Below are positions 53,457 to 61,903 of a stretch of DNA of 64,000 bases, in pieces. Under the pieces are notes generated by a model. It saw only the letters and a list, made by a program, of their open reading frames with translations. It was not told the DNA's origin and ran no database searches. Numbering within the stretch: position 1 is the first letter of the stretch; every line of letters starts with the position of its first letter. Origin of the DNA: Terriglobales bacterium (GTDB taxonomy: Bacteria; Acidobacteriota; Terriglobia; Terriglobales; Acidobacteriaceae); contig JBBSFV010000005.1 of NCBI GenBank assembly GCA_038254775.1, positions 31,076 to 95,075 on the forward strand, written 5' to 3'. A program made the position numbers and the translations under genes.

Positions 53457-54317
53457 ATGAGACTTTTACTTCTTCTTTCCCTATTGTTCTCGGCCCTGCC
53501 TGCTGTAGCCCAGCATCGGCCGTACTTTGTGACCTACAACGACGAGATGGAGGAGGTCGGCAACCTGGAGATCAACTCCTACAGCGTCCTCGGATCCCCG
53601 CGCAGCGGTAACACCTTTGCCGGATATCAGGCGGAATTGGAATATGGCGCTACCGGCTGGTGGAGCTCGGCGCTCTACCTGGACGGCCAATCCACTGCGA
53701 ATGAAAGCACTGTCTTCACCGGTTACCGCTGGGAAAATCGCTTCCGTCTGTTGCCCACTCAACACCTGGTGAATCCTGTTTTGTACTTCGAGTTCGCCCA
53801 TATAAATGGCGCTAATAAATCTCTTCGAGAGATCGTGGGCCATGACGTGGAAAAGGACCAGGCGGAAGCCAACCAACTCAGACGGCCTGAGGTAGAAAAG
53901 GAAGTTGAGCTCAAGTTGATCCTCTCAAGCCACGCGAAAGGATGGAATGTCTCGGAGAATTTTATTGCTGAAAAACCATTGCACAATGATCCTTGGGAAT
54001 TCGGCTATGCCTTCGGCGTCAGCCGGCCACTGTCTTTTGTCCCCTCCGGCTCGGGTTGTTCTTTCTGCAAAGAGAACATCCAACTGGGTGTTGAAACCTA
54101 TGGCGGGTTGGGCGATTCCAGCCAGTTCGGCCTGCGCGATACATCTCATTATTTAGCTCCGGTCATTTCCTGGCGGTTCGCTCAAAATGCGAATGCGCGC
54201 TTGTCTCCCGGATTTGGATTGAACGATCAGAGCCATCGCATGTTGCTCCGGTTCTCTTTTACCTATGAGATCGAACAGTTCGGGCCCAAACTGGCAAGGC
54301 TCTTCCGCTCCCGATGA
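53457..54317 (+). CDS. Secreted, probably outer-membrane beta-barrel-like protein (unknown family), intact copy
   Basis: Signal peptide LLLLSLLFSALPAVAQ and alternating aromatic-rich strands. It has a paralogous pseudogene in the island. Confidence 0.7.
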   Translation: MRLLLLLSLLFSALPAVAQHRPYFVTYNDEMEEVGNLEINSYSVLGSPRSGNTFAGYQAELEYGATGWWSSALYLDGQSTANESTVFTGYRWENRFRLLPTQHLVNPVLYFEFAHINGANKSLREIVGHDVEKDQAEANQLRRPEVEKEVELKLILSSHAKGWNVSENFIAEKPLHNDPWEFGYAFGVSRPLSFVPSGSGCSFCKENIQLGVETYGGLGDSSQFGLRDTSHYLAPVISWRFAQNANARLSPGFGLNDQSHRMLLRFSFTYEIEQFGPKLARLFRSR

Positions 54318-54706
54318 CCCTAAAGATCTACTCCACTTCACTGGTTCTCGCGGCGGCCCTCGTCTTCGCCCACCTCCTTCCTGCTCAAGCGGAGCGGAAG
54401 CCACTGTATACATTTGCTCCTTCGCGCTACGCGGCCAGAATGAATCCGTATCAGGGGGACTCACAAGCGGCAAAGGTGGGAGAACGGATCTACCGTTCGC
54501 AATGCGAAAAATGCCATGAGGTGAATCCGTCTGGTCTACGGAAAGGGGCTGACCTTCACCGAAAGGAAATCGTGCAGGCCCCGCCTGGCGCTCTTTTCTG
54601 GGTGATCGAAAAGGGCGACTTCCGCCGTGGGATGCCTTCTTTCGCCAGGATTCCGGAGAAGTATCGCTGGCAGGTTGTGGCATTTTTACAAGACCGTAAG
54701 CCGTAG
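54314..54706 (+). CDS. Class I c-type cytochrome
   Basis: Signal peptide, heme motif CEKCH and a distal Met region GMPSF. ATGA overlap with the upstream gene. Confidence 0.8.
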   Translation: MTLKIYSTSLVLAAALVFAHLLPAQAERKPLYTFAPSRYAARMNPYQGDSQAAKVGERIYRSQCEKCHEVNPSGLRKGADLHRKEIVQAPPGALFWVIEKGDFRRGMPSFARIPEKYRWQVVAFLQDRKP

Positions 54707-54721
54707 ACTGCTGGCATCGCG

Positions 54722-54753
54722 AAAAAAACGGAGGACCCTTTGCAAGTCCTCCG
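54722..54753 (-). terminator. Rho-independent terminator of the ferritin-like gene
   Basis: The minus strand reads CGGAGGAC-TTGCAAAGG-GTCCTCCG followed by TTTTTTT. Confidence 0.65.
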
Positions 54754-54781
54754 TGGTGAGTTGCGCTTTGGAGAGATCTTA

Positions 54782-55615
54782 TTACCGGATGGTGCCGTTC
54801 AATCCATCTGGGAAGAAACCGCCAGCGTGAGCTCCACCGTGATAGACGATGTTCAGCACTTCTTGCGCGCTGCGCGGGATCGTCAAGCCCTTTGCATCGA
54901 CAAAGAAGGGCGAGTTTGGGGTTGGCGGAACTGATTTTCCATCTGCGTTTGGAACGGTAATACCGAAATCGATTACATGGGTCCGCAATGCACCTGAGTG
55001 CTGCGCTTCCGTGCCATAGATCCGGGCTGCAGCGTCCAGATAGGTCTTGTTCTGGATGAGCGGAGCGGCGCCCAGATATGCACTGGTGCCAACATCTTCA
55101 AAGATCGCTGCAAGTGTAAGGAATTGTCCCCAGCTGGCGTATCCAAAACCCAACGCGTTGAGATTGATCGTCGGCTTTTTGACGGCTGATGCGCCTAGTG
55201 CCGCGCGCAGGAACTGTACGTGATGCTTCTCATCGCGTGTGATCTGGCTTGCGATATAAGCGATGGGGGAATTGGCGATGTTCGGGACCTTGTTGCCACC
55301 TAGTGTAGGCCCGCCGACGGCGGAATAAGGAATGATCCCTTCTCGCTCTAACGTAGCGCCTTGGGTTGCTACGGTGTAGAACTCACCCTCTAGATATTCC
55401 AGGTTCAATGCGAAGTTGAGTATGTCGATATCGCTGTAGGCAAAAGCGCTTGCTTTTTCAGAAAGTGCGGTCAGGATGGTGCCGCCCAACATGGTTGTTC
55501 CAGCGGCAGTTGCGCCCATCATGCCAATGCGTTTGGCGAATGAGCGGCGGCTGATGGGGCTTTCTACTAGGTCTTTGAGAATCTCAGTCTTGTCCATTTT
55601 GTTTCTCCGAAACAC
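54782..55615 (-). CDS. Tat-exported ferritin-like domain protein (Ferritin_2 type)
   Basis: Twin-arginine leader ISRRSFAKRIGMMGATAAG and DIDILNFALNLEYLEGEFY. Confidence 0.8.
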   Translation of the reverse strand: MFRRNKMDKTEILKDLVESPISRRSFAKRIGMMGATAAGTTMLGGTILTALSEKASAFAYSDIDILNFALNLEYLEGEFYTVATQGATLEREGIIPYSAVGGPTLGGNKVPNIANSPIAYIASQITRDEKHHVQFLRAALGASAVKKPTINLNALGFGYASWGQFLTLAAIFEDVGTSAYLGAAPLIQNKTYLDAAARIYGTEAQHSGALRTHVIDFGITVPNADGKSVPPTPNSPFFVDAKGLTIPRSAQEVLNIVYHGGAHAGGFFPDGLNGTIR

Positions 55616-55724
55616 CGACTAGCGGGGTTATTAGTAGGTACGAAATAGTTATTAACTTGGATGTAATATTGCTGCGCCTATTTGAGAGCTGAACAAACGC
55701 TGTCGCCATCGCAAGCTGCTGCAT

Positions 55725-55748
55725 ATAAAAGGCTGCCTTGCGGCAGCC
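55725..55748 (-). terminator. Hairpin + T-run (GGCTGCC-GCAA-GGCAGCC-TTTTAT on the minus strand)
   Basis: Located about 170 nt downstream of the Met-rich gene and about 110 nt upstream of the ferritin-like start. Confidence 0.45.
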
Positions 55749-55920
55749 GCTGTAACTACAATCCAGTTCCTCACTTGCCTATTTCGGCGTCCGACAGACT
55801 TCACGATCGTTAAACCACCTTCTTTGATTAGTGGCTCGTCAGAAACTTTAGTGATGGCGGAAGATGGCACGCCTGCCGCAGGGAGCCCAGAATGGCCCGC
55901 TGCGGCACCCGCCGTTTTTC

Positions 55921-56472
55921 TTAGTGCTTCATCATTTTGTCGTTCATTTTGTCCATATCGCAGTGCTCTGACTTCATCTGCATCTTGTCCACCTTCATTG
56001 ACATCATGGACATTCCAGAGTGCATGTTGTTATCAGACTTCATGGAACCGGAAGCGCTCTCGTGACCAGATCCCATCGATCCCGAGCTGCTGTCAGACTT
56101 CATTGCTCCGCCGCTCGAACTCATATCTGAGCTGCCCATCGAGTCACTGGCTGACATCTCCTGCATCATCCCTTTCACCTTTACCTTGTGGCCTACGTGC
56201 GGCTTCAAGTCTTCGGATGACATAAGCATCACACCATCCGGGTGTTTCTTGTCCATCATCATGTATTTGCCGTCTTTTTCCATGATGCAGCCGGTCATAG
56301 ACATCTTTTTGCCCATCATCATCTTGTCGTCTTTTTTGCTGTCCATCTTTTTATGATCCATCTTGTTATCCATTGAGCCGCTGGTTGTGCCTGATTGCGC
56401 GAACGCAGTCAAAGACATAGCCAGCGACATCACCACCATTCCTATCGTTTTTTTCATTGTTTTATCCTTCAT
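55921..56472 (-). CDS. Secreted methionine-rich low-complexity protein (candidate Cu(I)/Ag(I)-binding)
   Basis: Signal peptide MKKTIGMVVMSLAMSLTAFAQ. By my count 38 of 183 residues are Met, arranged in M-x-M, MMM and MxxM clusters together with His, Asp, Lys and Ser. Confidence 0.75.
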   Translation of the reverse strand: MKDKTMKKTIGMVVMSLAMSLTAFAQSGTTSGSMDNKMDHKKMDSKKDDKMMMGKKMSMTGCIMEKDGKYMMMDKKHPDGVMLMSSEDLKPHVGHKVKVKGMMQEMSASDSMGSSDMSSSGGAMKSDSSSGSMGSGHESASGSMKSDNNMHSGMSMMSMKVDKMQMKSEHCDMDKMNDKMMKH

Positions 56473-56682
56473 ATTCAGATTGAGCGGAGAACCTGGGGCT
56501 CCCGCCTACTCATAAGTACGGTGGGTTCGGGAGCTCGGATGAAGGTGTTTTAGGCTTATAAGCCTCTCGATTAGGGCCTATCTGGCTGCGCGTGGGCCCG
56601 GCACACGGATTCTGGTACCCTGCTTTCCGGTTGCGACCCGCGCAGCGGCTCCGCAACCCACCGCTGGGCTATACGGACACTA

Positions 56683-57345
56683 CTACTTTTCAAAACCGCC
56701 GCCATCGTTGTAGAGCAGAACTTCTTCAGGCGTGAGTCTCGGCTTGCGCAGCCAATTCTTGCCGGCATCCGCATAGCCGACTGTCACCAGCATCACGGGA
56801 ACATACCGATCGGAGATGTTGAACTCTCGCTTTACTCCCTCGGGATCAAAGCCGATCATCGGCCCCGTCGCCAGCCCGCGCGCCCGCGCCGCCAGCATCA
56901 GCGTCATGGCCGCAAGCGACCCGGAGCGGATAGCTTCATCGCGCTGCATTTGAGCGTTGTCTCCATACATCTTCTCTGCCATGTCCTTCCAGCCATTCAC
57001 AATCTTCTCTTCCAGAATGCCGGCGCGCACGCTGCGTTGACCGATCTCCGGAAGCTTTTTGTATCCCTGTAGATCTCCCAGAACGATGAACGTTGCGGAC
57101 GCCATCGCAACCTTCTGCTGGCCATAGGCCAACGCCTGCAATTTGCGCTTCTTGTCCGGATCGGTGACCGCGATAAATCGCCAATTCTGCATGTTGAAAG
57201 AGGATGGCGACTGAGTGGCATCCTTGATCAATTCCCGGATCTCGGCTTCTGATAGCTCCCGGCTCTGGTCATAGATGTTGGCAGAGATGCGCTCCTGGAT
57301 GGTTTGCAGTGTGTCTTTCATTTCTTTTATGTTCCCTTCACGCAT
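56683..57345 (-). CDS. Nitroreductase family protein
   Basis: SPSSFNMQNWRFIAVTD, plus GLATGPMIGFD. Confidence 0.85.
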   Translation of the reverse strand: MREGNIKEMKDTLQTIQERISANIYDQSRELSEAEIRELIKDATQSPSSFNMQNWRFIAVTDPDKKRKLQALAYGQQKVAMASATFIVLGDLQGYKKLPEIGQRSVRAGILEEKIVNGWKDMAEKMYGDNAQMQRDEAIRSGSLAAMTLMLAARARGLATGPMIGFDPEGVKREFNISDRYVPVMLVTVGYADAGKNWLRKPRLTPEEVLLYNDGGGFEK

Positions 57346-57437
57346 TCATCAAATAACAGATGCTGCCCGTGATTTCCGCGGTGCACGGTTCGATGACTGT
57401 ATTAATATGGCGCTTTGACGCCGCAGGGGCATGGCCG

Positions 57438-57869
57438 ATGAGCCCAGCATCCAGAGTCACCGTAGAGGTCAGCCGGCGATTTGAAGCCTCGCCAGAAAGC
57501 GTTTTTGACGCCTGGCTCGATCCCACCGGCGTGGGCAAGTGGCTCTTCGCAACACCTGCCGGCGAGATGGTGCGTATTCACATAGATGCCCGCGTGGGCG
57601 GTGAATTCGCGATTGTTGAACGTCGCGAAGGTTTGGAAACATCTCATGAAGGCAAGTACCTGGAATTCGACCGGCCCCGCCGGATCGTCTTTGAATTTTC
57701 GGTTCCCTTATATTCGCAAGAGAAGACCCAAGTCACTGTCGCATTCGCTGCCCAAGGCAGCGGCTGCGAACTGACCTTGAGTCATGAAGGCGTGCTGCCG
57801 GAGTGGGCAGAGCGCACCCAGCAAGGCTGGGCCGGCATCATTGCCAAGCTGGCGGAGACACTTGGCTAA
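57438..57869 (+). CDS. SRPBCC/AHSA1-family protein
   Basis: VEVSRRFEASPESVFDAWLDPTGVGKWLF...GGEFAIV...HEGKYLEFDRPRRIVFEF. ATG 57438 is preferred over the upstream track start. Confidence 0.8.
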   Translation: MSPASRVTVEVSRRFEASPESVFDAWLDPTGVGKWLFATPAGEMVRIHIDARVGGEFAIVERREGLETSHEGKYLEFDRPRRIVFEFSVPLYSQEKTQVTVAFAAQGSGCELTLSHEGVLPEWAERTQQGWAGIIAKLAETLG

Positions 57870-57939
57870 TTTTTAGTTGTGCTTTTAAAGATCTGCCTTT
57901 TGATTGTCACTTTTCGTGGTCCTCTGCATCTTCTTATTT

Positions 57940-58671
57940 ATGAGATCGATCGGCATCCTCGCCAGCCTCGCATTATTGTTGGGCACCGCCTCCGCTCAAT
58001 CCTCGCGGCCCGCCCCCGTCTTGGTCGAGCTGTTCACCTCGGAGGGATGTTCCAGCTGCCCGCCGGCGGACAAACTATTGGCGGACCTTCAACAAAAACA
58101 GCCCGTGAAAGAAGCCGAGATCATCTTGCTTGGCTTTCACGTGGATTACTGGAATTACATTGGATGGACAGACCGTTTCTCATCACCGCAATTCACTAAA
58201 CGCCAGGAAAGCTATGCCGCGCGCAGCTATGAACGCAGTGTTTACACGCCTCAGATCATTGTAGATGGCGTGGTCCGCCAGTTCGATCCCTATGCCTTGA
58301 AGGATGACATCCAGCGCTCCGCCAAGCAGCCAAAGCCTGTCACTCTTGAACTAAGATCCAGTTCCCCGGGGAATATAACCATCACCGCGTTAGGAAATGA
58401 ATCGAGCGAAATCTTTCTTGCAATCACGGAGGATGATCTTCGCAACGATGTGAAGCGCGGAGAGAACGGCGGCCGAGTGTTGGTCCATTGGGGCGTCGTA
58501 AGAAGATTTCTCCCGCTCGGGCAGCTCAAGAACAATGAGCCTAAGCAGATCTCCCTCGCCAGGGAAAGCGACTGGCGCAAGGATCAGCTTCACGTGGTGG
58601 CTTTCGCGCAGGACACCAAGTCGGGCAAGGTCACGGGCGTTACCTCAGTTCGAGCGCCTACGCTCGAGTGA
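57940..58671 (+). CDS. DUF1223 (thioredoxin-like) secreted protein
   Basis: Signal peptide from ATG 57940 and the hallmark VLVELFTSEGCSSCPPAD. Confidence 0.85.
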   Translation: MRSIGILASLALLLGTASAQSSRPAPVLVELFTSEGCSSCPPADKLLADLQQKQPVKEAEIILLGFHVDYWNYIGWTDRFSSPQFTKRQESYAARSYERSVYTPQIIVDGVVRQFDPYALKDDIQRSAKQPKPVTLELRSSSPGNITITALGNESSEIFLAITEDDLRNDVKRGENGGRVLVHWGVVRRFLPLGQLKNNEPKQISLARESDWRKDQLHVVAFAQDTKSGKVTGVTSVRAPTLE

Positions 58672-58695
58672 TTCGCTGAACTGCGCCACGGATCC

Positions 58696-59520
58696 ATGCG
58701 GCGATATAAGATATCCCCAATGCCCCAAGAACTCCCTGCAGTCCCACTCACGATCGAAGGCAGTAGCCTTCTGCATCAGATGTTCCGCATCCGTTGGAAA
58801 GACTGGCGGGCGCTCGACTGCAGCACCCGGCGAAGCATCGCTCAAGAATTTGCCGATGCCATCGTCCCCATGCAGCACAGCGCCATTTTCTCGCTGCTCG
58901 GCCATAAGGGTGACCTGATGATCGTCCATTTCCGCAACTCATTCGTGGAGTTGGACGCTGCCCAGCTTGCTATCACCAAGCTCCGCTTGAATGATTACCT
59001 GGAGGGGACCGCATCTTATGTATCCGTGGTCGAACTCGGGCTCTACGAATCCACCGTGAAGACCTACAAGTCACTTCTGGAAAAAGGCGTCGATCCAGGC
59101 ACCCCGGAGTGGAAAAGCGAGATTGAAGAAGTGTTAGCCCGCCAGTCGGAGGCAATGCACGCTCGCCTCTATCCCACGATCCCAGATGCAAAGTACGTGT
59201 GCTTCTATCCCATGAACCGCCTCCGGGGTGAGAGCAGGAACTGGTACATGCTGCCGCTTGAAGAACGCCAGCGACAGATGCACGAGCATGGGATGATCGG
59301 TCGCCGGTACGCCGGCGAGGTCAAGCAGATCATCAGCGGCTCGATCGGCTTTGACGACTGGGAGTGGGGAGTGGATCTCTTCGCAGAGGAGCCGCTGGTC
59401 TTCAAGCGGCTCATCTATGAGATGCGTTTTGACGAGGTCAGTGCGGTCTACGCGCAGTTCGGCACTTTCTATTTCGGCATCCGAGTTCAGAGCGCTGATC
59501 TCGCGCAGATGCTCGCGTGA
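58696..59520 (+). CDS. Chlorite dismutase-family protein (ChdC/HemQ-like coproheme decarboxylase)
   Basis: YVCFYPMNRLRGESRNWYMLPLEERQRQMHEHGMIGRRYAG...GSIGFDDWEWGVDLFAEEPLVFKRLIYEMRFDEVSAVYAQFG. Confidence 0.8.
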   Translation: MRRYKISPMPQELPAVPLTIEGSSLLHQMFRIRWKDWRALDCSTRRSIAQEFADAIVPMQHSAIFSLLGHKGDLMIVHFRNSFVELDAAQLAITKLRLNDYLEGTASYVSVVELGLYESTVKTYKSLLEKGVDPGTPEWKSEIEEVLARQSEAMHARLYPTIPDAKYVCFYPMNRLRGESRNWYMLPLEERQRQMHEHGMIGRRYAGEVKQIISGSIGFDDWEWGVDLFAEEPLVFKRLIYEMRFDEVSAVYAQFGTFYFGIRVQSADLAQMLA

Positions 59521-59521
59521 C

Positions 59522-59998
59522 TTAGATGTGGCAAGATGCCAATCCGCGCTTTTCTAAATAGCGCTGGTGGTAATCTTCCGCGATATAAAACGTTGATGCC
59601 GGAGTGATCTCAGTCACTATCGGTTTTTTGAACTTGCCCGAAGCATCTTGCTTGGCCTTCGATTCCTTTGCAGCCTGTTCTTGCTCAGGTGAGTGAAAGA
59701 AGATCGCCGAGCGATACTGTTTGCCATAATCAGGCCCCTGGCGATTGAACTGCGTGGGATCGTGCAGCTCCCAAAAAGCCTCCACAAGTTCTTGATAACT
59801 CACTTTGGCGGGGTCGAACTGCACCTGCACCACCTCGGCATGCCCGGTATTTTTTTGGCAGACGTCTTCATAAGTGGGATTCTCAAGCGTGCCCCCTAAA
59901 TAGCCCACCTTGGCGTCCGTCACGCCTGGGATCCGGCGGAATGCCACTTCCACTCCCCAAAAACATCCTGCTCCGAAGGTTGCCGTCTCTATGCTCAT
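59522..59998 (-). CDS. msrA: Peptide-methionine (S)-S-oxide reductase
   Basis: GAGCFWGVE active site, 158 aa. Confidence 0.93.
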   Translation of the reverse strand: MSIETATFGAGCFWGVEVAFRRIPGVTDAKVGYLGGTLENPTYEDVCQKNTGHAEVVQVQFDPAKVSYQELVEAFWELHDPTQFNRQGPDYGKQYRSAIFFHSPEQEQAAKESKAKQDASGKFKKPIVTEITPASTFYIAEDYHQRYLEKRGLASCHI

Positions 59999-60001
59999 CG
60001 T

Positions 60002-60400
60002 TCACTCCTTAGGCTCTAACTTCAGCGATGCTGAGTTGATGCAATACCGCAGTCCCGTGGGATTGGGGCCATCTTCAAAGACGTGTCCCAAGTGTGCGCC
60101 GCAGCGGCCGCAGGTGATCTCCACCCGCCGCATGCCATGCGCGTCATCAAGGTCTTCTTTCACCACGTCCTTCGTCGACGGCTGATAAAAGCTCGGCCAT
60201 CCGCTGCCGGAGTCATACTTCGTATCCGAGCTGAATAACTCCTGGCCACAGCATTTGCATAGATACATTCCAGGGGTCTTGGTTTTGTAGTATTCGCCGG
60301 TAAATGCCCGCTCCGTGCCTTTTTGCCGGGTGATCTGGTAATCCTCAGGCGTGAGTTCCGCGCGCCACTCTAAATCAGTCTTGTTGATCTTATCTGCCAT
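60002..60400 (-). CDS. msrB: Peptide-methionine (R)-S-oxide reductase
   Basis: Zinc-site CxxC pairs ([18 protein letters not shown]) and RYCINS. Confidence 0.93.
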   Translation of the reverse strand: MADKINKTDLEWRAELTPEDYQITRQKGTERAFTGEYYKTKTPGMYLCKCCGQELFSSDTKYDSGSGWPSFYQPSTKDVVKEDLDDAHGMRRVEITCGRCGAHLGHVFEDGPNPTGLRYCINSASLKLEPKE

Positions 60401-60463
60401 GGTGATTAGATGATTTTACTGCGATGAAAGTCACAAAAGCATCAGCTATACTCGAACCCTTCT

Positions 60464-60955
60464 ATGGGGATCATCGTTCGCTCTTCAGACATTCATGCCG
60501 CCGGCGTATACGCCACCACGCCTTACAAAAAAGGCACACATATCGTGGAATATACCGGTCCCCGCATCGATCGTGAAGAGGCTGACCGCCGCTATGAGGA
60601 CCGCGAATATACCTACCTTTTCGGCTTGGACAACGGCGTGGACATCATCGATGGCCACGGAGTTGCTGCTTTCATTAATCACTGCTGCGATCCGAATTGC
60701 GAGACCGACGAGATCAAGGGAAAGATCTGGATCATCGCTCTCCGCAACATTGCCGCCGGAGAAGAACTGGTTTACGACTACAACCTTTACGACGGCGACG
60801 CAGATGATCCCGCTACCTGCCATTGCGGGGCAAAAAAATGCCGCGGCACCATGTACACAGATGACGAGATCAAGCGGCAAAAGAAGGAACGCGCAAAGCA
60901 GCAGAAGCTGGCTGCGGCAAAACCCGAGCCTAAAAACGAATTGGTGAACGTCTAG
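60464..60955 (+). CDS. SET-domain protein lysine methyltransferase-like
   Basis: FINHCCDPNCE, ELVYDY and post-SET CHCGAKKCRG, with a Lys-rich tail. Confidence 0.85.
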   Translation: MGIIVRSSDIHAAGVYATTPYKKGTHIVEYTGPRIDREEADRRYEDREYTYLFGLDNGVDIIDGHGVAAFINHCCDPNCETDEIKGKIWIIALRNIAAGEELVYDYNLYDGDADDPATCHCGAKKCRGTMYTDDEIKRQKKERAKQQKLAAAKPEPKNELVNV

Positions 60956-61311
60956 GCAGTGGCAGGCGAGGAGTCTTCAAACGCGGCTATCCCGGCATTC
61001 ACATCTTTGTAGTGCTGCACCACCGAGGTGATATGGGTAAGGTCCAGCGAATGATGCACCTTGCTGTTCGCCCCTGCAAGTTTCACGCTGCCGCCGAGCG
61101 ACCTTGCGGATGTGTACACCGCGACCAGCGTTCCGATCCCGCCACTATCCACGGTGGGGACGCCTTCCAGATTTATGATCAGTTGTTTGTTCCCGTTAGC
61201 AAGTTCTTCTTTGACCCGCTGTCGCAGAAAATCACACTGCTCGCCATAGACGAGCCGACCCTCCAGGTCCACGATGGTCACACTTCCGAGTTGGCGGACA
61301 GTTACCTGCAT
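60952..61311 (-). CDS. STAS-domain anti-sigma-factor antagonist (SpoIIAA-like)
   Basis: VTIVDLEGRLVYGE...LIINLEGVPTVDSGGIGTLV. Confidence 0.85.
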   Translation of the reverse strand: MQVTVRQLGSVTIVDLEGRLVYGEQCDFLRQRVKEELANGNKQLIINLEGVPTVDSGGIGTLVAVYTSARSLGGSVKLAGANSKVHHSLDLTHITSVVQHYKDVNAGIAAFEDSSPATA

Positions 61312-61357
61312 CGTACGACACGAAGGTTATCTCACGCACTGGCATGATTGCAAACGG

Positions 61358-61837
61358 TTAAACCCCGGCCGCTGCCGCAAACTTCTGCCGGATCGCCCGG
61401 ATCTGCCCGGCATGGGTCTCGGCATGTTTGCCCATCTAATCCACCAGGTCTTTTAGGCCCACTGGCCCTTTTTCCGAATGGTCGCCGGCCTGCTGCCAAG
61501 CCGCCTCCGGCAGATTTCGCAGCATCTGCGCCGTAAATCGTCGAACGGCTATAAAGGCTTGCATCGCCTCCTGAGCTGGCTGTTTGGAATAGCTGAGCTT
61601 CTCCGTCCATACCTCCTGGTCCCATGCAATGAGCCTGGCACCAGGCTCCGCCGCGACCTGCCGGAAGCGCATTGCGGAGACCACATCCGCATCCGCCACA
61701 TGCACCACGATCTGGCGGATCGTCCATTTGCCTGGGGCGGGAGCAACATCCAGCAGCGCTTCAGGAGTGCCGGCAAAGGCAGACTCCATGGCGGCGATGC
61801 CAGCTTCAAAACGATCGATCAATCTGTGAGTTTCCAT
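61358..61837 (-). pseudogene. DinB/YfiT-family (DinB_2) protein interrupted by an in-frame TAG
   Basis: ORF 61436-61837 ends ...GPVGLKDLVD-TAG. The same frame continues MGKHAETHAGQIRAIRQKFAAAAGV to TAA 61358-61360, supplying the expected C-terminal His-containing helix. Total length is 159 codons plus the internal stop. Confidence 0.65.
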
Positions 61838-61903
61838 GATTCTGCCATTTTTATCACAGGTAAGCCCTTCTAAACCTGACGGTATAATCGAACTTCATCC
61901 CTT

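Noticed and set aside
54153-54683. 176-aa minus-strand ORF
   Set aside because: It is antisense to the cytochrome c gene and the end of the OM-like gene, with Pro/Arg/Gly-rich junk composition.
55652-55870. 72-aa minus-strand ORF between the Met-rich and ferritin-like genes
   Set aside because: It spans a terminator-like hairpin and has Arg-rich composition with no RBS. It is probably non-coding.
61332-61727. 131-aa minus-strand ORF in an alternative frame of the DinB region
   Set aside because: It is Gly/Ala/Arg-rich with no motif. The overlapping frame gives a recognisable DinB_2 sequence.
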